Notes under the pieces: generated by a model
The model's database searches: none
What the model saw: the letters and a program-made list of their open reading frames with translations, nothing else
Told to the model about the DNA's origin: nothing
Translations under genes and position numbers: made by a program
Origin: the human T2T-CHM13v2.0 reference genome, Homo sapiens
Reading direction: 5' to 3' (one strand)
Assembly (NCBI RefSeq): GCF_009914755.1
Contig: NC_060931.1
Length of the DNA stretch: 64,000 nt
Part shown: positions 41,351 to 55,829 of the stretch, piece by piece
How the letters are laid out: each line of letters starts with the position of its first letter
How positions within the stretch are numbered: the first letter of the stretch is position 1

Positions 41351-41552
41351 TATAAAGACATGAGGTATTGAAAGCCTTGGATTTGGATGTCCTGGATTTT
41401 TACACTAGCTAGCACTGGGACTGGCTGACTAAGTCAATTTAGGGGACCTACTTCACTGTTCTGAGTCTCACTTGTGCAGTTGTGTACCAAGAACTTTAGA
41501 CTTGGTTAAACCACCATCAAGTTTATTGAGAGCCTCCTACGTGTATGAGCCT

Positions 41553-41718
41553 GATGGTATCCACTTTAAATATATATAATGGTATCCACTTATTTAAATA
41601 TAAATATAAGTATCCAAATATTTAAATGGTATCCACTTTAAATATATATAAATACATCCACTTTAAATATATATATTATCTTCACCTTTTCTAATTGTTT
41701 GCTACAAAAATAAAAATG
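41553..41718. repeat. Iterated atggtatccactttaaatatata snippets plus 43-bp copy of 44741-44783
   Basis: Five atcca-cored snippets, then 42/43 identity to 44741-44783. Confidence 0.9.
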
Positions 41719-41948
41719 TCTTCCTTCTTCTAATACAGTTATGATTCTCAATGAAAGTAGACATCAAGATGCAGCTACTAGCTGTGCCCAATGGAAAAAT
41801 GTATTCAAACATAAAATTCAGCCATAAGGGTTTGACTTGCAGAAACCTCACCTGAGGATACAAAAATACAAAACTAGAAACAGAAGTTTTTTAGCTGAGA
41901 AGTGAATGAACTGAAAGAATCAAGGAATTGCTCCCACCCTTATACACA

Positions 41949-41949
<1 letters not shown>

Positions 41950-41979
<30 letters not shown>
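41950..41979. repeat. (AC)15 microsatellite
   Basis: Read directly. Confidence 0.95.
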
Positions 41980-41981
<2 letters not shown>

Positions 41982-42686
41982 TCAGGGGAAGTATAGTTGT
42001 CTCCACTCTCTTCCCACTGCTTTATGCCCTAGCCACTTTGCCATGGTAGTCTTTCTAAAATTATCTTTAAAAACTGTAAAATTACTCCCTAACCACCCCC
42101 TAGCATGAGGCTCCTCTTTGCCTCTGCATTTTGGGGAGGGAGTTTTTTTCCTCTTCTTGCCACCTATCAAAACTCCATCAGAAACTTTTTCTCCCCCTAT
42201 GACTCCCTCTCTCATACTCCCATACACACAGTTTCTGCTGTTCTTTATGAGAAAGCTGTCGTTGCTTTGTAGGAGAGATTTGAGGAGGTCTCAGTGGGAA
42301 GGCCGCCACTATTCAGCTTTGTATTCCTTGAACCGAGCAAGAAGCTGGGCTCATGGCAAGTGTTCATGGAATGCATACATTAAGTGGAGTGTGTGGCAAG
42401 TCCACACTGGTATTTCCCATGCCTGGTAATAGTTATGGGGTGATTGAAAGGTCTTGGGATTGCCTGTGTGCCCAGTGAGAGTCTGACCCATTTCACAGAG
42501 CAAAGAAAATATCCATTATCTGTCCTCCCACCTTCCTCTCTGCAAGATTTTGGAGGGAGGACAGAGGTATAAAGAATATAGATGTTTTAAAACCATGACT
42601 TTGAACAGGACAGAGAGAAGAGAGTCTTTTTAAGTCAGAAGCTTGTTAAATTACAGCCGCTGGTTCTCAGTACTGAGCTTTGGATT

Positions 42687-42940
42687 TCATTCATTCATTC
42701 AGCCATTCAGCAAGATTTATTAAGCACAGTCTGGGACAGGGTTTATATTAGTTATTAGGGCGAAGGGATGAGTAAAATATGGTTCGCCAAAAACATATCT
42801 ACCAGAAGACAAAAAATGAGAATGAGGCAAATGTGCTGAGATTGAGCACGATCAGAGCTTGAGAGGGAATAGTCAGCACTGCAAGCGGAGCAACACAATG
42901 GACATATGAGCAACAAAGATCTATCCTACCTGTGTTATTT
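42687..42940 (-). mobile_element. L2 3' fragment
   Basis: ttcattcattcattcagccattcagcaagatttattaagcac, reverse L2 tail. Confidence 0.65.
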
Positions 42941-43047
42941 TTCAACTGTACGAATAGATTATTCTAACATTATCAGGTTTACATAGCATTATTATCTAAT
43001 ATTAAGCAAATTAATTGGCTAAAGAACAAAAGAAATCTTGGCCTCAC

Positions 43048-43864
43048 TGAAAGGAAAAGTTCCCTTGTCCCCCTGGCAAGGCGTGCGACAGCGGGTGTGG
43101 CTCGCTTTTTCGGTGCCCGGCTGCTCAAACCTCTAGAGGGGAGCATGCAGACCGGCAGGTTGTGGGGCTCCAACCCCACGGCAGTGTCTAGGGGTGGATG
43201 TTTACAGCTCCTGAAGCCCCAGTGGGCGTGTGTTACAGAGTGCTCTTTTAGTTTTGCCGTCGGTGGGCGGCTGGTGTTAACCAGCTCAATTAGACACTCT
43301 GGCTTATCGCAAGGACAGAGAGCTTTCTGTATCCCGGGGTTCTTGCCTTGGTGTACCAGGAGAATTAGATCACACATGGGCTTGGAGAATGAGTGCAAGG
43401 TTTTATTCAGTGGAAGTAGCCCTCAGCCCATGGGGGAGCCAGAAGGGAGATGGAGTGGGAAGGTGGTTTTCCCCTCGAGTCGGTCCACTCAGGGCCAGGC
43501 TCTCCTCCGACCACCCTGGCCAAACTTAGTGTCGTTCTGCCAGTTGATGGCCTGCCAGTCTGCTGGGGCTGTCAATGTGCTCTTACGCCGGTACGTTCCT
43601 CTCGACATCCAGCCGCTTGTGTCTTCTTCCGCCGGTGTGTTCCTGTCAATGTCCAGCTGCTTGTGTCTGTGCCCACTAAGGTCTCGGGGTTTTCACAGGT
43701 ACAGGATGGGGCATGGCGGGCCAGGGTGGTCTTGGGAAATGCAACATTTGGACGCTAAGGCAGGAGTGCCTGTCCTTACCTATGTCCCTGGGCCCAGGCC
43801 CAGGGCTGGAGCCCTCACCAGGGACCTTCTCCTCCCAGCACTTCCCTGCCGTCCTCCCGTATCA
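43048..43864 (-). mobile_element. ERV1 solo LTR, LTR1 family (LTR1B-like)
   Basis: Minus strand begins TGATACGGGAGGACGGCAGGGAAGTGCTGGG and ends GGGGACAAGGGAACTTTTCCTTTCA. AATAAA at 43402-43407 (minus). 4-bp TSD tcac / tcat. Confidence 0.85.
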
Positions 43865-44839
43865 TCATGACACCATCAGATGGTGTTGAACCACACTCAG
43901 CACGTCCAGTAGCAGCCCAGCCACCACTTGCAACCAAGAAGTCTAACACCTCCTCAGCTTCTCCTTTGACAACACTGGATCATACGTGGTCATCTGGTAT
44001 GCTGGTTTCATATGCTGAAGGGCCTAGAGCAGGAAAGAACAGAAGCCCCAGACAGAATTTCTAATAACTATGCTGCCAAACCCAAACCACACCAGAGAAA
44101 GGATTTGTTTTTCACATGGAGCTCTAATGCATTTTTCTCAATGCTTATGACTACCCTTTCATCTAAAAGCCTCATTTGGCCACATCAGATGGTGATTCCC
44201 GAGTAGTTGAGACTATTGACCCTGGATTGTACTGGGACATCTCCCCGGGAGGTCTTCTGTCCTGGGAGCTTCCTGACTCACCTTCTCAAGAAAACAAGCT
44301 CCCATGACTATACCCTCATCTATTTTGGTGCACTGTCTTATGGTGACTATATTCAATGGAGAAAATGCCTGAGGAGTTGGACGATGTCTCAAGATGTCCT
44401 CGACACATATCAGTAAGGGAGGTGGGTTATTACTGCAGGTGGAAAAAGACAGGCACTTCCCTCCCCACCTTCCCAGGAGGTGACATGGTCTTTTTCTCTA
44501 TGGAGAAACTAAAAGTAACCAAAAAATTTCTTGCCTTCCTTGTCCTCATCATTTTATTATTCTTTATGAATATATCTTCTATATAAATTTTAGAATCATC
44601 TTATCAATTTAAATAAAGAACACTGAGAATACTGATACATGAATCTAGGGAGAGATCAATATATTGGTAAATATCCTGCATATTTTTGCTAGACGTTTTC
44701 CTGGTATTTGATATGATACTAGACTATTATCAATGATGATTTATCTTCACCTTTTCTAATTGTTTGCTACAAATATAAAAATGCAAATAATTGGCTCTCT
44801 CTCCTTTCTCTCCTGTTTGCCTCCTTCGCATCTTCAACC

Positions 44840-45190
44840 CTCACTAGAAAGGGGCCAACTAGTCTCCACCTCTTCTATAACCCATTGACATTTCTCTCTC
44901 CCGAATCATTCTTCAGAAACAGCTGTCTGTCTCTACAAGCCCTAATGATATCTCCATCATCAAGTTCAGTGGCCTCATGTCAGCTCATGTCCATGCCTTC
45001 CTCACTTTCTCTGACTTATCTGATATTGTTGACTGGTCTCTTCTCTTGTCTTCTGGTAAACCATTCTCAATTTTGCCCCTTATCTCTCTGATTGCCTTTC
45101 ACGAGTCTTTACTCTCTTTCTTAAGCATAGTTCAACCCAGGAGCTCGTCCTCTCTCCTGTTCTGGTGCTCAAGTCTTGAATGTTGATTGT
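44840..45190 (+). mobile_element. L2 internal fragment
   Basis: ctaatgatatctccatcatcaagttcagtggcc...gatattgttgactggtctcttctctt resembles the L2 RT region. Confidence 0.55.
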
Positions 45191-46848
45191 TATAAATGAT
45201 TTGGATGAGACTGCAATGGTTTTAACTGGTATTTGTGCTATAACAATGTTTTTACATTCAACCAAGCATATATTATAGAGTGTAAAAGCTGAATTTCAAA
45301 ATAAGGTCTTCAAGGAGATTTTGCACTTGGAGTAAACATCTGCACTTCATGTTACCAATTCACACTCCAGTTCTATTTAGATATATTTTGGTGGGAAGTT
45401 TTCAGAAGCATCCTAGACAATCAAATTTTCATTTTTCAAGTTGTAATAGGAAATCCAGACTCAACACTCCCCTTCTGCAATTCTATTCCTTCTATATTCA
45501 TGCTACTTTCAATCAAACTGAACTTGGGCATATCCAACATGAGCCTGACTGGAGTCATGAATGTTGAGAAAGAACATAACAGTCTAAACTGGGTGGTCTG
45601 AAACATGTCATTCATATGTATGAATACATAGATTTGATTCCCTTTTAGCCGATTTTTGAAACTAAATGAAATGTCAAAGAGCAAGGTCTTGCTGTGGACT
45701 CCCATGGGGGTGAAATAAGCATGAGAGAATCAAGCTAGGATAGAATTGGAGAGACACATTCAGTTAATTTTTAAATGGTTTCATTTGCCTATTATACTTG
45801 TAAATAACATATTTAAACTCAGAATGCTTATGAGGAAAACTTGCCTTCTAATTAATAACTCACATTGGGATAATATTCATGCTTGGAATTTAAAACTTTC
45901 TCTCTTGGACTATTACCAAACATAAGAAATTTTATTCCAAGAGATAATTTTTGCATAATGATCTATTTCCAAAGAAATACAATAATACTCATTACATCTC
46001 TTCCAGATGCAATATGCCAGCACCAGCACCATCATTTCAGAGTGATACTGTCACATGCCCATTCAAGCAAAATAAAATTTCCATCTGGGCAGATAATATG
46101 GTTAAAATAAGAACTTTACTGATGAGTGCTTGCTTTATGTCTGCAAACTCTTTCCAGAAATCTACAAAGGGGAATGTTACATTTTAGTGCTTATAAATAG
46201 AGAGAGCCATCTTCTTTGATTTGTTGCTTGTTTGCAATGTTGTTATGTTTACTTGCTAGAAATGACAGGACTTACTGGACATCCTGGATAGTGTCTGTGC
46301 CAGCAATTTCACATCCATTAGTCAGGGCTAAAGAAAGTATGAGATATGTGGGAATGTCTTAATTGAACTCCAACACAATCATTCTATTGCTGTTGTCATT
46401 TTAACTTTTTCTTCACTCAAAAATATATGAGTGTTATCATTTTATTACAACCATATTTTTTTCCATTTTATCTGTGATGAGGTCATTAAGGCTGGCTAGC
46501 TCTAACCTCATTTTCAACTATGAATTCAATAATATTTTAGAAATTCTAAATTTTTAAATTATTGAACTATAAGCCTTCAAAAATATTTTCAACTTTTTAA
46601 ATTTTAATCAATTTTCAGAAAATCAAAAGTCAAAAAAATGTTCCAGTATGAGTTCCCAAAGCTGGAATTCCATCCAGACTGGCATAAACTAAAGTAACTA
46701 ATGAACTTGAATTAGAACAGAGCTGAAAAATACACTGGTTCAACTCCACGGCACAGCTCCTCTATTTTGTTTCGGGCTCTCTGTTATAAAATAAAATAAA
46801 ATGCTGAATTTGACTTCAGAGTCCATTTTTATTTAGCATTTCACAAAC

Positions 46849-46850
<2 letters not shown>

Positions 46851-46894
<44 letters not shown>
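46851..46894. repeat. (AC)22 microsatellite
   Basis: Perfect uninterrupted tract, likely polymorphic. Confidence 0.97.
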
Positions 46895-46897
<3 letters not shown>

Positions 46898-47820
46898 ATT
46901 GGGCTAGAAATAAAATCCTGCTTCGGTTTGATTTCATGTTGACCAATCCTCACCCATTTATCCCCTAGTCTTTCCCCTATCAGTCTGAAAGAGACATTTT
47001 CTCTGTCTCTGTCTCTGTCTCTCTCTCTGTCTCTTTCCCCACCTACTTCCATCAGAATAACCATCACTCCAACCCCCATGTTAATCAATTTTTGTCATTT
47101 TTATACTAATTTTATTTATATATTTCATATTATTTATGTAGTATACATTCCTAATTTATCATAGTTTTTAAATATTATCAAGAGAATTTATATTTAATAT
47201 TTTAGCTTTTTAACTTTCTATGATTCATCCATATTGTATATAGTTTAGTTTATTTATCTTTCTCCTTTTTAAGATTCATTTGTGTGACTATACTAGTTTA
47301 TTCATTCATTCTTCTAGAAGAACATTTGAGTTATGCCCAACACTTCTCTATGAATTTTCTCATACACTGTATTGTGTACAAGGCTTTCTCTTGGGTAGAT
47401 ATGGAATTCCTATGTGGTAGGATATGTGGATGTCCAGCCCTAGGAAGTGACATTAACCTGTTTTCTAGAAAGTCTCTATGATGTACAAACCTAACAGCAG
47501 TGAATAATAGGTCCTCCCCATCCTTCATAAGGAGACACTTTCCAGCTTTGCCAGTCAGATGAATGTGAAATAGGTCACATTGTGGGTTTGACTTGCATTT
47601 TCTTTATCAACAGTTATGTTGATTTTTTTCAGACATCTATTAGAAATTGGTACTTTCTCTTCCATGTGTTGAATACTAATGGCTTTTTTGTGTGTGGTTT
47701 GTACTTTCTCTAGTGATGCTCAGAATTTTTAAAATTTATTTTCAATACTGACTTTTCATTAGTTATGTGTTTGTTAAGAATATCTTCTCCCAGCTTTTAG
47801 AGGGTCTTTTCATGTTTTTT

Positions 47821-47957
47821 AATTTTAAAAAATCTTATTTTGAGACAGGGTCTCACTATGTTGCCCAGGCTGGCCTTGAACTCCTGGGCTCAAGCGTTCC
47901 TCCTGCCTCAGTCCCCATTATAGCTGGGATTACAGGCAGGTAATGCCATACCCAGCA
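47821..47957 (-). mobile_element. FLAM (free left Alu monomer)
   Basis: Single monomer gagacagggtctcactatgttgcccaggctggccttgaactcctgggctcaagc. Flanking gtcttttcatgttt / gtcttcatgttt TSD. Confidence 0.85.
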
Positions 47958-48832
47958 GTCTTCATGTTTTGGGAGTGGTTCATGAAAGTTTTCATTTTCA
48001 GTACAGTCAATTTTATTAAGTATTATATAGCCTATATTTAGGTATTTTGTTTAAAATGACTTTTGCTACGTAAGAACTAAAATATCCATATTTTCTTGTG
48101 AAACTTTTACAGCTTTACTTCTTCTCTTAACTTTTAATTTTGAAATGACTATAAATTCACAGGAAATTGCAAACTTTATAGATAAGTCCTCTCACCCAGT
48201 ACCTCTCATCCAATTTCTCCCAATGTTTACTTCTTCCAAAGCTCTAGTACAATATCAAAACCAGGAAATTGGAATTAGTATAGCATAAATATGCTGTTCT
48301 GTGTCATTTTATGACATGTGTAAGTTCACATAACCCCACAACATTCAAGGTGCAGGCTGGCCCACCACCAGCAAGGTCTCTGTGCCACCTCTTTATGGCC
48401 ATACCCATCACGTCTCACCCATCTCTTTCCCCACCTAAGCATCCCTAATTTCTGGCAAATGCTAATTTATTCTTGTTTCTCATCCTGTCACTTTAAAAAT
48501 GTTACATAAATGCAGTCATACAGTGTATGATATTTTAAGATCAACCTTTTTTACTCTCAGCATAGTGCCCTTTAGTTCCATCCTAACTGTATGTATCAAT
48601 GATTTGCTGCTTTTTATTTCAAAATAGTATGCTATGCTACTAATGTACACAGTTTCTTTAACTATTGATCTATCATAGGATGTATTGGTTGTTTTCAGGT
48701 TTGAGCTATCACAAATACAGCTGCAATGAACATTCATGGACAGGTTTTTGTATGGACATAAGATTTCATTTTTCTAGGATAAATGTACCAGAATGTGAAT
48801 TCTAGGTTGAATGGTAAGGGCATATACATGTT

Positions 48833-49160
<328 letters not shown>

Positions 49161-52100
49161 TATACATGTTTTAAAGAAACTGTCAAATTATTTTCCAGAA
49201 TGGCTGTAGGATTTTAAATTTGCACCAACAATATACTATAGGACCCAGTTTCTAACACATCCTCACCAGTGCTTGGTAACTAGTCTGCTGGTATCAACAT
49301 TTTAGCACTTGTAGTGAAGTTTGGAACACGTACCATTATGATCCTTTACCCTGCCCCAATTATAATTAACTGAAATATTTCCTCTACATGCATTGAGGAC
49401 CACATCAGACTGTGGTGAGATGTTTGCTTTAGCTGTCGTAAACAATTTTGAAAACTCAAAAGGAGAGAAAAAGTCCATTATATTGACCCTCTTGCTCTTT
49501 CTTATATGCTTTCATCCACTCTAATGTCCCAAGAGTCCTTTTATTAAATCATTTTCTTTCTGTTTAGAGAACTTCATTTAGCCATTGCTTTAGGGCAGGT
49601 CTGTTGGCAACAAAGTCTCTTAGATTTCCTCATCAGAGAATGTCTTGATTTCCTCTTTATACCTAAAGTGTATTTTCACTGGGTATAAATTGACAATTCT
49701 CTTCCTTCAGCAACTGAAGAATACTGTGTCGCTTTTTTCCTGACTTCCTTGATTTATGATTTTAAAAAATCTGCTTGCCTTTGAGTTGTGTTTCACCTGT
49801 AGGTAATGTGTCATTTCTCGCTGATTTTCAAAATTTTTTCTTTGTCTTTAATTTTCAGAAATTTAGTTATGATGGGTCTTGGAGAGGATTTCCTTAGGGT
49901 TATCCTGTTTGAGGTGTACTCAGATTATTGAATCTGTAAGTATATGTCCTTTTGCAAAATTTCAGAAATGTTTCGCTGTTACTTTTTCAGTACTTTTTCT
50001 AACCATCCTCTTTGTTCTCTCTTTCCAGGGCTCTGATGATACAAATGCCATGTCTTTTGTTAGAGTGAGTCACCAGTCCCTGAGGCTTGGCTCAATGTTT
50101 TCAGTGTCTTCTCTCTCTGTTGTTCAGATTGAATAATTTCTGTATTATTCAATCCACTTTCTTATCCACTGAACTGCTTTTTTAAGTAATTGTATGCCCA
50201 TTTTGGTTTATCTTTATGTCTCTATTTCTTTAATACTTTTTTGTTTGGGGAGAGCCTTTTTAAATTTGTTTCAAGACTGTTCATGATAGCACATTGAAGA
50301 ATATTTACCACAGCTACTTCAAAATCTGGGTCAGATCATTCTAACATCCTTGTCACCTCATTTTTGTCATATTCATTGTATTTTATTCTCCAGGTTGAGA
50401 TCTTCCTGGTTTTTTAAATGACCAGTGATTTTTTTGTTGAAACCTAAATATTTTCTTGTTATGGCATGAGAGTCTGGATCTTACTGAAACCTTCTTTTTG
50501 GCAGGCTTCCTCCAACACAGCTGCAGCAGAAGTAGAGGGAATTGCTACCTCATTACTGCCAGGTGGAGCTCCATTGACACCTGAGCCAAGCAGGGGGCTC
50601 CTTCTTATTGCCGGGCAGGGTTGGAAGTTCCTGCTCCCCTTATGGTCTTCATTGGAATACAGTAGGAATGGTCTGGTTACCACTGGGCAAAAGTTTAAGT
50701 CCTGAGCCTCTATTCAGCCTCATCAGATACCACCCTGTGAGTAGAGAAGGGTCCCTCAATCCTGATGGGTTGATGGGGAAGCCCAGGCCCCATGTAGCCT
50801 CCACCAACGCCAAGGAGGAGTGTGGCTACTGGCCAGGAGGGTGAAATACTGGCTCCTTATATAGCCTTTTCAGATACCATCCCCGGGGAGCAGGTGTTGA
50901 AAGGCCCCAGCACAGCCTCTTGACGGAGAAAGTCTAGGATCCTCCCAGCCTTTGTCGGTGGAGGAGGGGACGGTGCCATAGTTTTTCCTGTGATGTTCAG
51001 CTGCAGTCAAGCAGTTATTGCCTTTCCTGATCCTTTGACTAAAGGGGTCAGGATTTTCTTGAGGCCTTTTGTCTGTGATGGTTGGCATTCTGGGTTCCTG
51101 GCTTCTTCAACACCCAGTCTGGGTCATATGAGGGGCAAAAAGAGAACCCAGGGAACTCACCAGCAGGCTGTTCTTTGGGGCTCGTGGTCCCCAGCCAGTC
51201 TGTCTCTTCTCTCCATCTTTCAGAATCTTCTTATGTTTGTTTTATATATAATGTCTAGAATTGTTAAGTTCCAATAGAAAAATGGTGTCTACTCCATTTT
51301 CCCAGAAGTACAGTCTATAACTTTAGATTCAACAATCGAATCCTTATTTTACTAGAGTTAACTTTTGTATTAATATATAAAGTGAGGTAGAGCTCCAATT
51401 TTAATTTTTTTATGAATAACATATTTTCCAAGTTTATTTATTGAGCTCTTACTCTTTTATCTACTAATATTTGCAATGTCTATCATATTTTGGGACTCTT
51501 TTTCCATTATTAGTTTGTCTATACCTACACCTTTACCAAACCATCTAAATTGCTGCAAAATACTTGGTAAGTTCTGGTTTCTGGAAGTTCAAGTCCTCAT
51601 GTAGTGTTTTCCTTCACAACTGGCCACTGTAATCTTGGTCCTTTATTCTTCTGTACAAAATTTAGAATCCTATCAATTTGATAGAAGAATACTGACTCTG
51701 ATAGCTTTCTAATCTATACATAAATTTAGAAATAGTTTAAATATATCATTAGCTATCTTACACATATTGTTAGTTTTTTCCTGAATATTTGATATTTTAT
51801 GAACCTATTGTAAATGATGACTTCTCTTCATTGTTTTTAATTGTTCACTACAAATATAAAAATCTGTCTTTTATAGTTGTTTTATACACAGCCAATTTGC
51901 TCAATACAACTATTATGTTTGATAATGTTTTGTAATTAGATAATTTAGAGGTTTCTATATAAATGTATATCATATGCAAATAACATTCCTTGTTCCTCCT
52001 TTCCAATCTCTAAAGCATTTTACTCACATGGTTGCACTGACTAGAAGTTCCAACACAATGTTGAATAAAATTTGTGATATTAGGCATCCTTAACTCATTC

Positions 52101-55100
52101 TAAAATTCAAAGGGAAGCTTTCTAAAATTTCCTCATTTAGAAATATGTGTGCTTTTTTTTAATATCCTCTACCTGGTTAAGAAAGTTTCCTTACATTTCT
52201 AAATTACTAAGATTTAATTTTGATGAAAATCCTACCTTTGATTATTAATTCATGGAGAGTCATATAAAAAAACTTTTTTCCATATATTCAAATTATCATA
52301 TTGTTTATCTTCTTAAATCTATAAATGGAATGAATTACATTTATAAATGAATTTTTCAATGAATATTAGACAAAATACAATTTGATCATGAGTATTACCT
52401 TTTTACAAAAATTGGTGGAAATATCCATATAGATTTATATAAGTATATGCACACACAAAATTATAAAATTTAAGAGAAAAATGATTCTGTGTGACCATTT
52501 CTCATAATATTTTTGTCTGGCTTTGATACTAGGATTCATTGGGATCAAAGGATTAGGTAAGTTTTCCATCTTTTCCAGTTGTCTATAAAAATCTGTATAA
52601 AAGTGATCTCTACCTTGAAAGCTTCACAGGCCATATGGTCTGATTTATGGAAAGGTTATTGCTTCATATTCTTAGTTATATAAATATTCAAGTCTTTGAT
52701 ACTTCTCAAATAAATTTTGCTAAGTTATATTATTTTAGAACTTCTTCCATTGCCTCTAAGTTTTTGACACTGGTGGCATACATTTATTGTTAAAATTTTT
52801 CTTATATGACCTTTGAAATCACTTAAGGTTCTACAGTTCTGTGCTCCTGTTCCTTCCTCTTTCCTTTTCTTCTCTTGGTCTATCTTGTCATAGGTGTTCT
52901 GTTTTACAAGTCTTTTCAAATAATCAACTTGTAGCTTTCTTCTTTGTTATAATCTTGGTTTCTATTTTAATTATTTTACTGTTTTATTATTATCTTGTTC
53001 CTTCAAATTTTTAGTTTTTTTGTTCTTTCTTTTCTTAAGTTCATCAATTGCTTATTTATTTTTACAATTTCTATTTTTATATATAAATATTTATGAATAT
53101 AAATCACCTCAAAATGCCACTTTTGCTTTCCCTAAAATATTTGATATGTAGTAACTATATTATTCAGTTATAGGTATTTTTAAATTTCTGATATGATTTA
53201 TTGTTTAATCCAAGGGGCTTTAGAAGGATGCATGGTTTTTATTTAAATTTGTAAATATAACTGCATCTTTCACTAATACTTAGAGTTAAATTCTTATTTA
53301 GTTATGATTTGATGAGAGAATGCAGGAAGTATAATCCTTTTTATTTTTGAATTGAGACTTCTCTGCAATTATATCTGATGAACTTTCTAAATTACCTATA
53401 TGCCTTAAAGAAAAATTAGACATTTTATAATTTTTGAATTTTTTACTTTAACTATAAAGCTATATTAGTTCTTATGTTTTTATACATGCCATTAAATTTT
53501 TTCAAATTAATGAACTTATCATCTATGAATAAAGAATGCTTTCCTTTCTTCCTTTCCAGCATAAATACCTTTTATTTCTTTTTCTTTCCTATTGCACTGG
53601 CTAGATCTTTCAATACCATGTTGAAGTGGTAAGAGATATTTATCTTGTTGTTGATCTTTTGATTATTGATCTATAGTCTATAATGTTAGTGGCAGGTTGT
53701 TTATAAATCCCCCTTATCAGGTTGAGAAAGATTCCCTTTATACTTGTATTGATGAGAACTATTGTAAAGAACAGATGCTGTGTTTCATAAAAGGCCTTTA
53801 TAGTGACTGTTAAGATAATTATGTTTTCCTTTTTTAGTGTGCTAGTATACTAAATGATATTGATTTCCCAATGTCAATCCAATCTTCCAGTCCTTAGATA
53901 AATCCCACTTAGTTTACACACTATATATCATTGTATTCAATTTCCTAACATTTTTATTAAATTTTTTGCATCTATATTCATGAGAGATATTGATTTGCAG
54001 GTTTTTTTCCTGCAATGTTTTTGTTGGTTATCAGGTTAATGATGGACACATAAAATGAGTTGTGACATCATCCTTTCTTTTTAATATTCTGGAAGAGTTT
54101 ACATAAATTTGTTATTTTTTCTTCCTTAAATTTTGGTACAGTTCACCAGTAAAGCCATATGGACCTGGAGTAGTATTTGTGAGAAGGTTTTTAATTATAA
54201 ATTTAATGTATTTAATAGACATGGCTTTTTAGAGTATCTGTTTCTTCTTGAGTAAACTCAATAGTTTGTGTCTTTCAAGGGATTTGTTCATTTCATCAAA
54301 GCTGTTGAGTATATCTGCATAAAGTTGTTGATAGTATTCCTTTGTTATGCTTGTTATATCTTTAGACTTCATGTGATGCTGCCACTCTTATTCCTCATAT
54401 TTTTATTTTATGTCTTCTTTATTACTTTCTTCATCAGACTGGCTGCATATTTATAAATGTATTGATCTTCTCATAGAACAATATTTTTTGCATTGATCAT
54501 CTCTATTGTTTTCCTGTTTTCTATTTTATTGATATCTATCCTTATCCTTACTTTTTCTTTTCTTCTATTTAGTTTAATACCATTTGTTCTTCTTTTTCCA
54601 GTTTTCTAAAATGAAAATTAAGAGCAATGATTTGAGATACATTCTTTTTGCTTATAAAGGTGCTTAGTGTTACAAATTTTCTATTAAGTACTGCTTTAGC
54701 AGCACTCTCCAAATTTTGATATATTGATTTTTCATTTTTGTTTAATTGAAAATACACTCCGCTTTCCTTTTCAATTTCAGCTTTCACCTATGAATTATTT
54801 AGCGATGTGTTTTTCATTCCAAATACTTAAAGGTTTTCCGGAGATCTTTTCTTTATAGATTTGCACATTTATTCTATTTTAGTCATAAAAATATACTTTA
54901 AGTGATGAATTATTTCAAAGTTATGAAGACTTATGTCACAGCCCAGAATATGGCCTATCTTTGAAAACATGTTATGTGTTTTGGAAAAATGTGTATTACA
55001 TTGTTTTATGGTAAAATGTCTATAAATGTCAAATAGGTCAAGTTGATTGATGGTTAATTGTTAAATTCTCTCTATCCTCACTTATTTTCTGTCTATTTGC

Positions 55101-55829
55101 TTCATCAGGTACTGAAAGGGTATATTGAAATATGCAAGTATGATTGTGGATATGTCTATTTCATCTTTAATAAGTTTTGCCTTTTGAAGCATTTTTTGTC
55201 AATTTAAACGTGCTGTATTCTCTTGACAAATCCACTCTTTCATCATTAAAAATGGCCTTCTTTGTTCCTGGCAATGTTCTTTGCTCTGAAATCTATTTAG
55301 CCATTTCAGTTTTCTCTTAATTAGTGTTACTTTAACTTGTTTGTATCTTTATATTTCAAGCATGTTTTCTCTATGCAACATAAGGTTAAGTTTTGCTTTT
55401 CACATATAACCCAAAAATCTCCATGTTTTAATTGAGGCTTGCACAATTTACATTCAGTGTAATATTACCAATGGTTAGGCTTCAGTCTAGTGTCTCACTC
55501 TCATCATTTATTATCCCCTTTCTTGTTTTGCGTTCTTTGGAGTTAATTGAATGCTTTTATGATTTTATTTTATCTTCTTTACTGGATTATTAGCTAAAGA
55601 TCTTTGTTTTATATTTTAGTGGTTTCTTTAAGGTTTGTGGTATACATCTTTAACTTACTACAGTCTGCGATCACATATTATACCACTTCGTGTATAGTAT
55701 ATAACCTTCCAGCAATATACTATTCTCCACTCCCAACCTGTGTGTTTCTAATGTCAAACATTTTATTTTAAAATGCTATGAATCCCTCACTAAATTGCTA
55801 CTATTTCTGTTTAGGCAATTATATTTTAA

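Noticed and set aside
43097-43870. 257-aa ORF, the longest in the window
   Set aside because: GTG start, essentially confined to the antisense strand of a GC-rich solo LTR, with no recognisable gag/pol/env or cellular domain.
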